Shown: positions 19,467 through 30,354, counted from the stretch's first letter. The stretch: DNA of 64,000 bases from Paracoccaceae bacterium (GCA_041397345.1 JAWKWU010000008.1:8704-72703); one strand, 5' to 3'. Notes: a model not told the origin generated them from the sequence alone. Made by a program: numbers and translations.

Positions 19467-20135
19467 TCAGGCTGGGCGGGCGGCCCCGTAGTCGCGTTCG
19501 CCAAAGATCGCGCTGCCCACCCGCACATGGGTTGCGCCATGGGCGATCGCGGCCTCGAAATCGCTGCTCATGCCCATGGACAGGCCGTCCAGCCCGTTCC
19601 GCGTGGCCATCTCGCGCAGGGCGGCGAAATGCGGGGTCGAGTCCTCTCCCTCGGGCGGGATGCACATCAGCCCCGCGACGGGCAGGCCCATGGCCCGGCA
19701 ACAGGCGATGAACCCATCCGCCTCGGCCGGCAGGACGCCCGCCTTCTGCGGCTCGGCCCCGGTGTTCACCTGCACGAACAATTCCGGGCATTCCCCCCGG
19801 GCCTCGGCCAGACGGGCCAGCTTGTCCGCCAGGCTGGGCCGGTCAAGGGTATGGATCGCGTCGAACAGATCGGCCGCCAGCTTGGCCTTGTTGGTCTGCA
19901 GCGGCCCGATCATGTGCAGGCTGACGCCCGGATAGCGCGCCTTCCAGTCGGGCCACTTGCCCGCCGCCTCTTGCACGTAATTCTCGCCAAAGACCCGGTG
20001 GCCGGCGTCAAGAACCGCCTCGACCCGCGCCGCCGGCTGCACCTTGGACACCGCGATCAGCGTGACCGAGCCTTCGGCGCGTCCCGCCGCCTTTTCCGCC
20101 GCCCGCACCCGCGCCGCGATTTCTGCCAGTCCCAT
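19467..20135 (-). CDS. yggS: PLP homeostasis protein YggS
   Basis: LIAVSK, FGENYVQE, HMIGPLQTNK, LSMGMSSDF, VRVGSAIFG. Confidence 0.95.
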   Translation of the reverse strand: MGLAEIAARVRAAEKAAGRAEGSVTLIAVSKVQPAARVEAVLDAGHRVFGENYVQEAAGKWPDWKARYPGVSLHMIGPLQTNKAKLAADLFDAIHTLDRPSLADKLARLAEARGECPELFVQVNTGAEPQKAGVLPAEADGFIACCRAMGLPVAGLMCIPPEGEDSTPHFAALREMATRNGLDGLSMGMSSDFEAAIAHGATHVRVGSAIFGERDYGAARPA

Positions 20136-20138
20136 CGC

Positions 20139-22310
20139 CTATCCCTCGATCATCCCGTCGGCGCGCAGCCGGTTGATCATCGGCGCCAGCCGGTTGCCAT
20201 AGCGTTCCCAGGCCCGGACCGACCCTTTCGAGATCGGCTGGCGCACCTGGAACACGCTGAGCGTTTCCACCTTGCGGGTGTTTTCGTGGAAGTTCAGGCA
20301 GGCGTCCTCCCACTCCAGCCCGCAGGCGGCAATCAGCGCGCGGCTCTGCGTTTCGGGATCGGCCACCAGGTCTTCGTATTGCACCTCGTAGAACCAGTCG
20401 GGCACCCGTTCGCGCCAGAAGTCGACCATGCGGACAAAGGTCGCGTAATACCGCGCCAGGTCGACCTGATCATAGGCATAGAGATGGGTGCCTTCTGGGA
20501 AGACGTTCTTGTACATCGACAACAGCGTGTCGCGCGGATCGCGCCGCACCACGATGAACCGCGCATTCGGCATCGCCAGCTTCGTCAGCCCCAGCGTCAT
20601 GTAGGTCTGGATCGACTTGTCGGTGATCTGCGGCGTCTCGGGGAATTTCTCGCGCATCATGGCGGCGTAGTCGTTGCCCAGGTCGACCAGTTCACTGTCC
20701 TTGATCAAGGTCGCCGGACGCACCTTGCCATCAAGACCTGTGGGCAGGAAACGGCGCGGCGTCAGTTCCCGCAGCCCGACCTCTCCTGCGCCGGAAACCA
20801 TGGAATGGCTTGAAATGATCTGTTCAATCAGGGTTGTGCCAGATCGCGGCATCCCCGTCACGAATATCGGAGCGGCGTCCGTGGTGCCAAGGATTGGCGT
20901 TCGGTTCCAATCCATACCCTGCAACGATTCAACAAGGCCGTCGATCTGGGTTTCCCGGTCAGCAACGTCATAGGGATAGAGCTTGCGCACCAAGGCATTC
21001 GCCGGATCAAGGAAATCGAACACCTGTTCATAAGACTTGGTATCCTCGGTCGCCTTGGCGATCGCAAAGCCAAAGTGCATGCGGTCACGATCGGAAATCT
21101 GCGGATCGCGGAAATGAACCTTCATCTCCTCGATCAGGGGTTCCCCTTTTTTCGCCTTGTGCGACGTATAATAGTGACGATGGATCTCGCCCGCCTTCGG
21201 GTTGGACTTGATCGCCTCAAGAAACATGGCTTCGCCTTCTTCAAAGCGGCCAAGGCCTTGAAGGAAGACAGCCTTGCTGCCCATGATTTCGGCGTTTCCG
21301 GGCGCCAAAGCGATGGCCTGATTGAAATGCGCCTCTGCGGCGGCATCCATTTGCAGTTTGCTTTCAGCCTGCGCCAGCATCCAGAACACCGCGGAATCCG
21401 GCTTTGAGATCAGCTTTTCCGCAGTCAGGAATGCTTCGTATGCCGCCGGGTAGTTCCTGAGTTTGGTAAAGGTATTGCCACGCAGCAAATGCAGGTCGGA
21501 GTTCTTTGGCTGCAGAAGCGTGGCGCGATTCAACCAATGCTGGGCATTCTCGAATTTCCCCTCCATGTAGCAAAGCTGTGCTATATGGCAGATTGCCTTG
21601 AAAAAATCGGGCGAGAGGCAGATTGACGTCTGGTAGGCCTCTTTTGCATTGGCGCCCTGGTTCATCTTGGAAAACAGGTTCGCCATGTTCATGTAGGCTT
21701 CGGAATAGGCGCCGTCCATTTTTGTGGCGCGGGCATACCAGGCCAAGGCTTCGTTCTGTTTGCCCTGGTTCGCCAATGCAATGGCGCAGGCGTTGGCTGC
21801 AAAGGCGCAGTTCGGGTAGGCCGCCAGAACCTTCTTTGACTGGGCGATGACGCCGGACCAGTTCTGCGCCTTGAGTGCTGCCATGAGCGGGTTGATGACG
21901 GTGGCGGGCGCGCCGCCAAGTTTCGGGCTTGATCCTTTCGATCCAGGTCCGAAGCGATCTGCCAACGCGGTCTTGGTTGGAACCGGAATCTTGGCCACCT
22001 TGAGGGCGGTAAGGAACCCTGTCCTGGCTGCGGCTGAACCTTCCAGGGCGGTGGCCTTTGCCAGTGTCTCCCAGACAGCGGGTTGGCCGGGTGCAAGCTC
22101 GGCTGCCTTGATCGCATGGCGCAGGGCCTGCGGGTAGTTTTCCAATCTCAGCAGGACATTGGCGATCTGATATTCGACTTCGGCAATCAGCGGGTTGGCG
22201 TCATGGATGGTGGAGAAAACCGCCAGTGCATCCTGGTGCTTTCCCGACGCCAGCAATTTCATCCCGTTGTCGTAAGCACGGGTCAGATCCTTGGCTGTGT
22301 TTTCCGGCAT
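20139..22310 (-). CDS. TPR-repeat PAPS-dependent sulfotransferase
   Basis: Multiple TPR-like repeats; 5'PSB FVTGMPRSGTTLIEQII; 3'PB RRDPRDTLLSMY; VQYEDLV, QVRQPI. Confidence 0.9.
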   Translation of the reverse strand: MPENTAKDLTRAYDNGMKLLASGKHQDALAVFSTIHDANPLIAEVEYQIANVLLRLENYPQALRHAIKAAELAPGQPAVWETLAKATALEGSAAARTGFLTALKVAKIPVPTKTALADRFGPGSKGSSPKLGGAPATVINPLMAALKAQNWSGVIAQSKKVLAAYPNCAFAANACAIALANQGKQNEALAWYARATKMDGAYSEAYMNMANLFSKMNQGANAKEAYQTSICLSPDFFKAICHIAQLCYMEGKFENAQHWLNRATLLQPKNSDLHLLRGNTFTKLRNYPAAYEAFLTAEKLISKPDSAVFWMLAQAESKLQMDAAAEAHFNQAIALAPGNAEIMGSKAVFLQGLGRFEEGEAMFLEAIKSNPKAGEIHRHYYTSHKAKKGEPLIEEMKVHFRDPQISDRDRMHFGFAIAKATEDTKSYEQVFDFLDPANALVRKLYPYDVADRETQIDGLVESLQGMDWNRTPILGTTDAAPIFVTGMPRSGTTLIEQIISSHSMVSGAGEVGLRELTPRRFLPTGLDGKVRPATLIKDSELVDLGNDYAAMMREKFPETPQITDKSIQTYMTLGLTKLAMPNARFIVVRRDPRDTLLSMYKNVFPEGTHLYAYDQVDLARYYATFVRMVDFWRERVPDWFYEVQYEDLVADPETQSRALIAACGLEWEDACLNFHENTRKVETLSVFQVRQPISKGSVRAWERYGNRLAPMINRLRADGMIEG

Positions 22311-22387
22311 TCCTATCCCCAGACCTTTTGCGGCAGGCTATCGGCTGGAGGTATGGAAAGAAAGGACGGGAGGGAAGCCCGAAATGC

Positions 22388-22416
22388 AAAAAAGGGCGGG
22401 CCATTGGCCCGCCCTT
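22388..22416 (-). terminator. Rho-independent terminator of the porin gene
   Basis: GGGCGGGCC..GGCCCGCCC hairpin followed by T6 on the minus strand. Confidence 0.8.
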
Positions 22417-22438
22417 CCTTGATCAGGTGATCGTTCGA

Positions 22439-23407
22439 TTAGAACGACATCCCGAGACCGATCGACCACTGGTCGTTGCCCAGGCCGTCGACGTCCGAGC
22501 CGTAGCCCGCCATCACGACAGCACCGCCGCCCAGATCGTAGTTCACCGCAGCGCCCCACGAGTCGAACGAGGGAGCAACGTCCGGCGAAACTTCGCCGTA
22601 GTTCAGGTGAGCCGACAGGGCGCCGGTGGTGTAGGTCAGACCCAGACCGAAGTGGCTGTAGTCTTCCACGCCAGCGTCGTCGAAGTCGGTTTCGATGTAG
22701 CCGACCGAACCCGAGAAGCCGCCAGCCAGTTCAGCAGCGATCGACAGACCGATCGAGTCAGCGTTTTCGTCGGTGGCGAGCGGGTCGATGATGCTGTCCA
22801 GGGCGCCGGTCTGGTAGCCGAGGCCGATGTTCAGCGCGGTGCCGCCCAGGTCGGCGATGTACTTCACACCGATGCCGAAGATATCGTCCGAGGCAACGCC
22901 CGAGACACCACCAGCAGCGACGCCAGCGCCATTGTCAACCTGCTCGGCCGACAGGGCGAAGCCGAAAGCACCGAAGGTGTTTTCGTAGCGGACAACCTGG
23001 CCGTCGCCCGAACCGTCGTGGCCGGTGGCGCCGAACCAAGCGACGTGGGTCGAGTGATCGTCGGCGATCGAGGTCAGGGCGACCGCATCGGTCAGGGCCC
23101 AGTCGATGGCGCCATCGGTGTCACCCATGGTCAGCTTGCCGAACGCGCCCGAGATCCAGACGGTGGTGCCCGAGTCGTCGTCGGTGGTAACGTCGCCTTC
23201 GTCCAGGTCGATCGAGGCGCCGAATTCCAGGCCGCCGTCGGTGGTGCCCGACATGCCGAAGGTCACTTCAACGTCCTGCCAGAAGGCGACGTCGCCAGCG
23301 GCGTCCGACCAAATACCCATTTCAGCGTAGCCGGTCACCGAGACTTCGGCGGCGGCGAAACCAGCGGTGCCCGCCAGCATCGTGGTAGCAAGGAGAATCT
23401 TCTTCAT
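22439..23407 (-). CDS. Major outer-membrane porin (Rhodobacter type)
   Basis: MKKILLATT signal, GYAEMG, TDGGLEFGA, GKLTMGDTDGA, C-terminal Phe; highly acidic. Confidence 0.92.
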   Translation of the reverse strand: MKKILLATTMLAGTAGFAAAEVSVTGYAEMGIWSDAAGDVAFWQDVEVTFGMSGTTDGGLEFGASIDLDEGDVTTDDDSGTTVWISGAFGKLTMGDTDGAIDWALTDAVALTSIADDHSTHVAWFGATGHDGSGDGQVVRYENTFGAFGFALSAEQVDNGAGVAAGGVSGVASDDIFGIGVKYIADLGGTALNIGLGYQTGALDSIIDPLATDENADSIGLSIAAELAGGFSGSVGYIETDFDDAGVEDYSHFGLGLTYTTGALSAHLNYGEVSPDVAPSFDSWGAAVNYDLGGGAVVMAGYGSDVDGLGNDQWSIGLGMSF

Positions 23408-23692
23408 CGTTTTCCCTCGTTGATTCAAGGATGCCCAATTCAGGGGAATCCGAATTGGGTATGGGTCGTATTTCTGCCCTATGGCCTGCGATTGCAACGA
23501 CGACGGGCGGCGTGGCGGGAATCCGGTGGGCGCTGGTGCAGACATGCCACAGTCGGGTTTCCCCCACCGGATCGGGGATTTGGCGGCCCCTTACGCGCGC
23601 GGGCGGGCCGGAACAGGGGCGAACGGGGGGAAAAGCCTTGTTCGGCCCCGGTCGCTCGGCTAGACAGCCGGAGAAGCCTTTCGGAGAGCCGC

Positions 23693-24250
23693 ATGTCCCT
23701 GTCCCTTGTTCTGCGCGCCACGCTTGTCACGGGCCTTCTGGCCGGTCTTGCGGGATGCGGCGGCCTGTCCAGCAACGGTTCGGGCCTGTTCGGCGGCGGC
23801 GCGCGCGATGGCGTGATCACCGAGGCCGAGTTCGAAAGCAAGCAGAAGGCGGACGAGAAGCGTGCCGCCCTGGCGGCGATGGAGACCGACAAGCGTGGCC
23901 GCAAGGGGACGATCTGGGACCTGTTCAGCAATTCCGACGACCCCAATACCACGGTCGAGGTGAACAAGTATCTCTGGCAAGCCAGTCTGGAGGTGCTGAA
24001 CTTCCTGCCCATCGAATCGGTCGACCCGTTCACCGGGGTGATCGTGACCGGCTATGGCACGCCCCCCGGCGGCGGGCGGGCCTATCGCGCCACGATCTAT
24101 GTGCAGGACCCGGCGCTGGATGCGCGCAGCCTGAAGGTGGCGCTGCAGGGCCGTGGCGGCGGCAGCGTGTCGGTCGAGACGCAGCGCGCGGTGGAAGACG
24201 CGATCCTGACCCGTGCGCGCCAGCTGCGCATCCGCGATTCCAAGCTGTGA
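23693..24250 (+). CDS. DUF3576 lipoprotein
   Basis: Lipobox LAGC; VNKYLWQASLEVL.FLP..SVDPFTGVIVT; EDAILTRARQLRI; upstream of leuS. Confidence 0.85.
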   Translation: MSLSLVLRATLVTGLLAGLAGCGGLSSNGSGLFGGGARDGVITEAEFESKQKADEKRAALAAMETDKRGRKGTIWDLFSNSDDPNTTVEVNKYLWQASLEVLNFLPIESVDPFTGVIVTGYGTPPGGGRAYRATIYVQDPALDARSLKVALQGRGGGSVSVETQRAVEDAILTRARQLRIRDSKL

Positions 24251-24259
24251 TGCCGGCGG

Positions 24260-24305
24260 CGGGGGCCAGCCCCGCACCCCCGGAGTATTTCGGCCAAGAT
24301 GAAGG
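24260..24305 (+). repeat. REP-like palindromic element (single copy)
   Basis: GGGGGCCAGCCCC..CCCCCGGAGTATTTCGGCCAAGATGAAG; same core as the two copies at 34654-34795. Confidence 0.7.
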
Positions 24306-24367
24306 GGTGGACCTTGTCCACCGCCCCGGTGTAATTCCGGCGCGGAACGCTTGCATGAGGCCTGTCT

Positions 24368-26998
24368 ATGTCGCGCTATGACCCTTCGGTGATCGAACCC
24401 CGGTGGCAGAAGGCCTGGGATGAGGCAGGGGCCTTTGTGGCGCGGCACGATCCGTCGCGGCCGAAGTATTACGTGCTGGAGATGTTCCCCTATCCGTCGG
24501 GGCGCATCCACATGGGCCATGTGCGCAACTACACGATGGGCGATGTGGTGGCGCGCTACAAATCCTCTTGCGGGTTCAGCGTGTTGCATCCGATGGGCTG
24601 GGATGCCTTTGGCATGCCGGCGGAGAATGCGGCGATGGAGCGGGGCGGGCATCCGCGCGACTGGACCCATGGCAATATCGCCGACATGAAGGCGCAGATG
24701 AAGCCCTTGGGCCTGTCGATCGACTGGAGCCGGGAGCTGGCGACCTGCGATCCGGAGTATTATGGCCAGCAGCAGGCGATGTTCCTGGACATGCTGGAAA
24801 AGGGCCTGGTCTATCGCAAGGCGGCCATGGTCAACTGGGACCCGGTCGACATGACTGTGCTGGCCAACGAGCAGGTGATCGACGGCAAGGGCTGGCGGTC
24901 GGGTGCTGCGGTGGAGCGGCGCGAGCTGGTGCAGTGGTTCTTCAAGATCAGCGATTATTCCGAGGAGCTGCTGTCGGCGCTGGACGGGTTGAAGGACTGG
25001 CCCGAGAAGGTGCGGCTGATGCAGGCCAACTGGATCGGCAGGTCGCGCGGGCTGCAGTTCGCCTTTGATACCGTCGGCGCGCCGCAGGGGTTTGAGCGGA
25101 TCGAGGTCTATACCACCCGGCCCGACACGCTGATGGGTGCCTCTTTCGCCGCGATCAGCCCCGATCACCCGCTGGCGAAGGAGCTGGAGAAGGATCCGGC
25201 CGTCGCCGCCTTTATCGCCGAATGCCGGCGTGGCGGCACCTCGGCCGAGGAAATCGAGACGGCCGAGAAGATCGGTCATGACACCGGCATCCGGGTGAGG
25301 CATCCGCTGGACCCCGATTGGGAACTGCCGGTCTGGATCGCGAACTTCATCCTGATGGATTACGGCACCGGCGCGATTTTCGGCTGCCCCGGCCACGACC
25401 AACGCGATTTCGACTTTGCCACCAAGTATGGCCTGCCGATCAAGGCGGTCTTCCTGGCCGAAGGCGACGGCGATGCCGAACTGGATGCGGCCTTCGTGCC
25501 CCTGAAGTCCGAGAAGGTGCGCTATGTCCGCGGCTTTGCCGGGGCCGGGGTGCAGACGGGCGACGAGGGCGTGGCCGCCGCCATCGCCCATGCCGAACAG
25601 AATGGCTATGGCCAGGGCGTCACCAAGTACCGGCTGCGCGACTGGGGCCTGTCGCGCCAGCGTTACTGGGGCTGCCCGATTCCGGTGGTGCATTGCGCCA
25701 GCTGCGGCGTGGTGCCGGAGAAGAAGGAAAACCTGCCGGTCGAACTGCCCTATGACGTCAGTTTCGACAAGCCGGGCAACCCCTTGGACCGGCATCCGAC
25801 CTGGCGCGACGTGCCCTGCCCCGCCTGCGGTGCCCCGGCCCGGCGCGAGACCGACACGATGGATACCTTTGTCGATTCGTCGTGGTATTTCGCCCGGTTC
25901 ACCAGCCCCCGGGCCGCAACGCCCACCGTGGCGGCCGAAGCCGACTACTGGATGAACGTCGACCAGTATATCGGCGGCATCGAACATGCGATCCTGCACC
26001 TGCTCTACAGCCGGTTCTTTGCCCGTGCCATGCATGCCACCGGCCACCTGCCGGCCAAGGCGATCGAGCCATTCAACGCGCTGTTCACCCAGGGCATGGT
26101 GACGCACGAGATCTACAAGACCACCGATGACAAGGGCCGCCCGGTCTATCACCTGCCCGAGGATGTGACCGTATTCACCATTGCCGACCGCCGGATCGTG
26201 GTGCTGGGCAATGTCGAGCCGCCGCTGGACATGGTCGACGATGTGGATGCCTGGATCCGGGCGCTGGCGGATGAGGGCCTGCTGGTCGAGGTCGTCCCCT
26301 CGGCCAAGATGTCGAAGTCGAAGAAGAACGTCGTCGATCCGATGAACATCATCGCCCAGTTCGGTGCCGATACGGCGCGCTGGTTCGTGATGTCGGACAG
26401 CCCGCCCGAGCGTGACGTGGAATGGACCGCCAGCGGCGCGGAGGCTGCGTTCAAGCACCTGTCGCGCGTCTGGTCGACCTGTGACCGCATCGGCCAGATG
26501 CCCGCCGACCACAAGGGCGAGGGCGACGCGGAACTGGCCCGCAGCGTCGCCAAGGCCATCGACGAGGTTACCCGCTCGATCGACTCTTTCGCGTTCAACA
26601 AGGCGATTGCCGCGCTTTACGGCCTGACCAACGTCATCGCGCGGGCGAATGGCTCGACGCCTGCGATGAAAGAGGCGATCCGCACGCTGGCCAAGCTGAT
26701 GTCGCCGATGACGCCGCATATCTCCGAATCGATCTGGAGCTATCAGGGCGGCGCGGGGCTTTGCGCGCAGGCGCCCTGGCCCAAGGCGGACCCGGCGCTC
26801 TTGGTCGACGATACGGTGACGCTGCCGGTGCAGATCAACGGCAAGCGGCGGGCGGAAATCAGCGTGGCCCGCGACATGCCCGGCCCAGAGGTTGAAAAGC
26901 TGGCGCTGGCAAACGAGGATGTCATCAAGTTCCTCGCCGGGCAGCCGGTGAAAAAGATCATCGTCGTGCCGGGCCGCATCATCAATGTCGTCGTGTAA
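24368..26998 (+). CDS. leuS: Leucine--tRNA ligase
   Basis: [38 protein letters not shown]. Confidence 0.98.
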   Translation: MSRYDPSVIEPRWQKAWDEAGAFVARHDPSRPKYYVLEMFPYPSGRIHMGHVRNYTMGDVVARYKSSCGFSVLHPMGWDAFGMPAENAAMERGGHPRDWTHGNIADMKAQMKPLGLSIDWSRELATCDPEYYGQQQAMFLDMLEKGLVYRKAAMVNWDPVDMTVLANEQVIDGKGWRSGAAVERRELVQWFFKISDYSEELLSALDGLKDWPEKVRLMQANWIGRSRGLQFAFDTVGAPQGFERIEVYTTRPDTLMGASFAAISPDHPLAKELEKDPAVAAFIAECRRGGTSAEEIETAEKIGHDTGIRVRHPLDPDWELPVWIANFILMDYGTGAIFGCPGHDQRDFDFATKYGLPIKAVFLAEGDGDAELDAAFVPLKSEKVRYVRGFAGAGVQTGDEGVAAAIAHAEQNGYGQGVTKYRLRDWGLSRQRYWGCPIPVVHCASCGVVPEKKENLPVELPYDVSFDKPGNPLDRHPTWRDVPCPACGAPARRETDTMDTFVDSSWYFARFTSPRAATPTVAAEADYWMNVDQYIGGIEHAILHLLYSRFFARAMHATGHLPAKAIEPFNALFTQGMVTHEIYKTTDDKGRPVYHLPEDVTVFTIADRRIVVLGNVEPPLDMVDDVDAWIRALADEGLLVEVVPSAKMSKSKKNVVDPMNIIAQFGADTARWFVMSDSPPERDVEWTASGAEAAFKHLSRVWSTCDRIGQMPADHKGEGDAELARSVAKAIDEVTRSIDSFAFNKAIAALYGLTNVIARANGSTPAMKEAIRTLAKLMSPMTPHISESIWSYQGGAGLCAQAPWPKADPALLVDDTVTLPVQINGKRRAEISVARDMPGPEVEKLALANEDVIKFLAGQPVKKIIVVPGRIINVVV

Positions 26999-27470
26999 CC
27001 GCCGCTTCCTGATCCTGGCTCCGCTGGCGCTTGTCGCCTGCGGGTTCACCCCGGCCTATGCGCCGGGGGGCGCGGCGACCCGGCTGACCGGCGCGGTCTG
27101 GGCGGCCGATCCCACCGACAAGAACGGCTTTGACCTGGTCGAGCGGCTGGAGGAACGGCTGGGCCGGCCGCAGGTGCATCGCTATGACCTGGCCTACAGC
27201 ATCGTGACCGAGAAGGTCGGCGTCGGCATTACCCCCGACAACCGGATCACGCGCTACAATCTGAAGGGCGCGATCGAATACACCTTGTCCGATACCGGCA
27301 CCGGCGCGCGCATCACCGGCGGGCGGGTGCAGGGCTTTACCGCCTATGCGGCCACCGGATCGACCGTGGCGGGGCTGGCGGCCGAGGAAGACGCGGCCTA
27401 CCGGCTGATGCGGATGCTGGCCGACCAGATCGTTGCGCGGCTGATTGCCGAAGCTGCGAAGCTGCCATGA
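26985..27470 (+). CDS. lptE: LPS assembly lipoprotein LptE
   Basis: Lipobox [10 protein letters not shown]; between leuS and holA; LADQIVARL. Confidence 0.85.
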   Translation: MSSCNRRFLILAPLALVACGFTPAYAPGGAATRLTGAVWAADPTDKNGFDLVERLEERLGRPQVHRYDLAYSIVTEKVGVGITPDNRITRYNLKGAIEYTLSDTGTGARITGGRVQGFTAYAATGSTVAGLAAEEDAAYRLMRMLADQIVARLIAEAAKLP

Positions 27471-28480
27471 TCCTCAAGGGTGCCGAGGCGGCGCGTTATT
27501 GCGCCCGGCCTGACCCCGGTCGCGCCGGTCTGCTGATCTTTGGCGCCGATCCGATGCGGGTGGCGTTGAAGCGGCAAGAGGCGATCGCCGCCCTGGTCGG
27601 CCCCGAGGGCGAGGCCGAGATGCGGCTGTCCCGCATCGCCGCCGGCGACCTGCGCAAGGACGGGGCGCTGTTGCTGGACGCGATAAAGGAAGTGGGCTTC
27701 TTTCCCGGCCCCCGCGTCGCCTTTGTCGAGGATGCGACCGACGGGCTGACCGAGACGCTGGGCCATGCGCTGGCGGACTGGCGGCCGGGCGATGCGGTCA
27801 TCGTGGTCGCCGCCGGCGGGCTGACCGGCAAGAGCGCGCTGAAGGGCCTGTTCGAAAGGGCCCCGAATGCCGTCTGCATCGGGCTTTATGACGAACCGCC
27901 CTCGCGCGAGGAAATCGAGGCAGAGCTGAAAAAGGCCGGTCTGGCGCAGATCGCCCCCGAGGCGATGGCCGACCTGACCACGCTGGCCCGCGCGCTGGAC
28001 CCGGGCGATTTCCGGCAGACGCTGGAAAAGATCGCGCTTTACAAGCATGGCGACGCCACGCCGCTGACCCCGGCCGAGGTCGCCACCCTTGCCCCCGCCA
28101 CCATCGAGGCCGAGGTGGACGAGCTGATCGCCGCCACCGCCGACCGCCGGGCCGGCGATGTCGGCCTGCTGATGCGGCGGCTGGAGGGGCAGGGCGTGCT
28201 GCCGGTGACCATCTGCATCGGTGCGCTGCGGCATTTCCGCAGCCTGCACATGGCCGCGACCGACCCCGGCGGGGTGCAGGCGGGGCTGATGAAGGCGCGC
28301 GCCTTTGGCCCCCGTCGGGACCAGATGCAACGGCAGGTCAAGGACTGGCCGGTGCGTGTGCTGGAACGGGCGATCACGGAACTGCTGGAAACCGACATGA
28401 CGCTGAGATCGGCCAGCCGGGCGCCTGCCATGGCGCTGATGGAACGGGCCCTGATCCGCGTGGCAATGACCCGAAGATAG
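27467..28480 (+). CDS. holA: DNA polymerase III delta subunit
   Basis: LLIFGAD, LEKIALYK; leuS-lptE-holA synteny. Confidence 0.92.
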   Translation: MILKGAEAARYCARPDPGRAGLLIFGADPMRVALKRQEAIAALVGPEGEAEMRLSRIAAGDLRKDGALLLDAIKEVGFFPGPRVAFVEDATDGLTETLGHALADWRPGDAVIVVAAGGLTGKSALKGLFERAPNAVCIGLYDEPPSREEIEAELKKAGLAQIAPEAMADLTTLARALDPGDFRQTLEKIALYKHGDATPLTPAEVATLAPATIEAEVDELIAATADRRAGDVGLLMRRLEGQGVLPVTICIGALRHFRSLHMAATDPGGVQAGLMKARAFGPRRDQMQRQVKDWPVRVLERAITELLETDMTLRSASRAPAMALMERALIRVAMTRR

Positions 28481-28484
28481 CCCG

Positions 28485-28823
28485 ATGGCCCGCAAACCCG
28501 CCCCCTTCGATCCCTGCCTGGCGCCGCTGTCGCGCCTGGCCAGCCGGTTTCCCGACATGGAAGGCCAGGTGATCTGGTGGGAGGACGGCAACTGGCAGGC
28601 GCAGGACGACGACGAGGCGATGCTGGACGCCGAAGAGGTCGTCTTTTACGCCGAGGGCCTGCTGGCCGAGGGCTTTGCAATGGTCTGGCATGCCCTGGCC
28701 GAGCCCGAAATGCCCGATCGTGTCGTCCTGTTGCGGCTGTTCTTCTGGCAGGGGGATGCGCCGCCCGCGCCCGACCCCGACGGCTGGCACCTGCAGGCAC
28801 AGGGGCGGTGGCCGTCAGCCTGA
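28485..28823 (+). CDS. Hypothetical acidic, Trp-rich protein
   Basis: 4 bp after the holA stop; GC3-biased codons. Confidence 0.6.
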   Translation: MARKPAPFDPCLAPLSRLASRFPDMEGQVIWWEDGNWQAQDDDEAMLDAEEVVFYAEGLLAEGFAMVWHALAEPEMPDRVVLLRLFFWQGDAPPAPDPDGWHLQAQGRWPSA

Positions 28824-30182
28824 GACAGGCTCCGCCTCGCCCCGCGCGGCCTGCTGGGCCCGGACCTTGCGCAACACATCTGCCGCCCACAGCCGCGACA
28901 GCGTGTGATACAGCGGCTCGCGCGCGACCAGCCGTGCCGTGCCATAGCCCAGCATGGCCGAAGCCATGATCGCCACCACATTGGCATGGTTGCCGGTCAT
29001 TTCCAGGATGATCACAAAGGCGGTCATCGGCGCCTGCACCACGCCGGCGAAATAGCCCGACATGCCCAGAACCGCCGCCAGCCCGGCGCTTGACCCCAGC
29101 AGCGCCCCCAGGATCGAGCCCAGCCCGGCCCCCACCGCCAGCGATGGTGCGAACAGCCCGCCGGGAATGCCGGCGACGGTCGAGGCCAGCGTGGCCAGCA
29201 GCTTGGCCGGAAAGAAATACCAGGGCAGGGTCGCGCCCTCGATCCCGTCGCGGGCCTGGTCATAGCTGGTGCCAAAGGTCATCCCGTCGGTGGCGATCCC
29301 CAGCCCCGCCACCATCAGCCCGGCCGCCAGCGCCACCAGCATCAGCCGCGTCAGCGGGGCCACCGCCCGCAGGTTGCGGATACGCCGGGTCAGCCACAGG
29401 ACCGCCCGGCTGAACAGCGCGCCAAAGAAGCCGCCGACCACGCCGCAGGCCACCACCAGCAGCCAGTCGCCGGGAAATTCGGCAACGTCATGCACCACGC
29501 CGAAATAGCTGTAATTGCCCAGGAACGCCAAAGAGGCGACGCCGGCGATGATCACCGCGGACAGGATCACCCCGGTCGTCCGGGCCTGATAGCTGCGGCT
29601 CATTTCCTCGATGGCAAAGACGATGCCGGCCAGCGGTGTGTTGAACGCCGCCGCTATACCCGCCGCCGATCCGGCCAGGATCAGGCCGCGGGCATGGCTC
29701 ATGCCGCCCACCCGCGCCGACATCAGCATCAGCGAGGCGCCCACCTGCACCGTCGGCCCCTCGCGCCCGATCGAGGCGCCCGAGGCCAGGCCCGCGATGG
29801 TCAGCCCCACCTTGCCCAGCACCAGCCGCAACGACAGCAGGTGGTCGCGTTCCTCATCCGTCCGCAGGTGCCGCGCCGCGATCGCCTGCGGAATGCCGCT
29901 GCCCTGCGAGCCGGGAAAATATCGGTCGGCCAGCACGGCACAGGCCACCATGCCCAAGGGCGTCAACAACAGCGGCAGCCAGCGATGCCAGCCGCCGCCC
30001 GAGGTGGCGGCCTGAAAGAACCCCTGCGCATGGTCGGCCAGCACGGCGAACAGCACCGACACCAGCCCCGTGGCCAGCGCCCCCGTCCAGAACACCAGCC
30101 GCGACCGCCACAACCGGGGCGAGGAGACAAGCGCCCGGCTGCGCCGGAACACGCCTTTGCGCAACCTGTGCCGCAATGTCAT
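28815..30182 (-). CDS. ClC family Cl-/H+ antiporter
   Basis: GSGIP, GREGP, AFNTPLAG..FAIEE, GLFAP, PLY; AGGAG RBS before MTLRHRL. Confidence 0.92.
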   Translation of the reverse strand: MTLRHRLRKGVFRRSRALVSSPRLWRSRLVFWTGALATGLVSVLFAVLADHAQGFFQAATSGGGWHRWLPLLLTPLGMVACAVLADRYFPGSQGSGIPQAIAARHLRTDEERDHLLSLRLVLGKVGLTIAGLASGASIGREGPTVQVGASLMLMSARVGGMSHARGLILAGSAAGIAAAFNTPLAGIVFAIEEMSRSYQARTTGVILSAVIIAGVASLAFLGNYSYFGVVHDVAEFPGDWLLVVACGVVGGFFGALFSRAVLWLTRRIRNLRAVAPLTRLMLVALAAGLMVAGLGIATDGMTFGTSYDQARDGIEGATLPWYFFPAKLLATLASTVAGIPGGLFAPSLAVGAGLGSILGALLGSSAGLAAVLGMSGYFAGVVQAPMTAFVIILEMTGNHANVVAIMASAMLGYGTARLVAREPLYHTLSRLWAADVLRKVRAQQAARGEAEPVSG

Positions 30183-30354
30183 GGCATTCTCCTGTTCCTG
30201 GCCCGGCTTGCCCCCGTTGCCACCGCCAATCAACCCGAAACCCGTCACGGGCGCCGAAAAAACCGCCAATCGCCGCCTCTTGCGGTGCGCGCGCGCAGGT
30301 GTTCCCATGCGCGGGGCGCATTCAGCCCCTGCAAATCCATCCCGTCGAGGTCCG

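Noticed and set aside
22226-23692. Long N-terminal extension of the DUF3576 ORF
   Set aside because: Antisense to the porin; the lipoprotein signal begins at ATG 23693
23660-27049. 1129-aa antisense ORF (also 45338-48409, 4041-6206, 17857-19791, 49703-51751)
   Set aside because: Shadow ORFs opposite well-supported genes, expected at this GC content, with no recognisable motifs
28815-30182. Fluoride-specific CLC-F exporter with riboswitch
   Set aside because: Has the canonical GSGIP/GREGP/GLFAP motifs, not the CLC-F signatures; no fluoride riboswitch recognised
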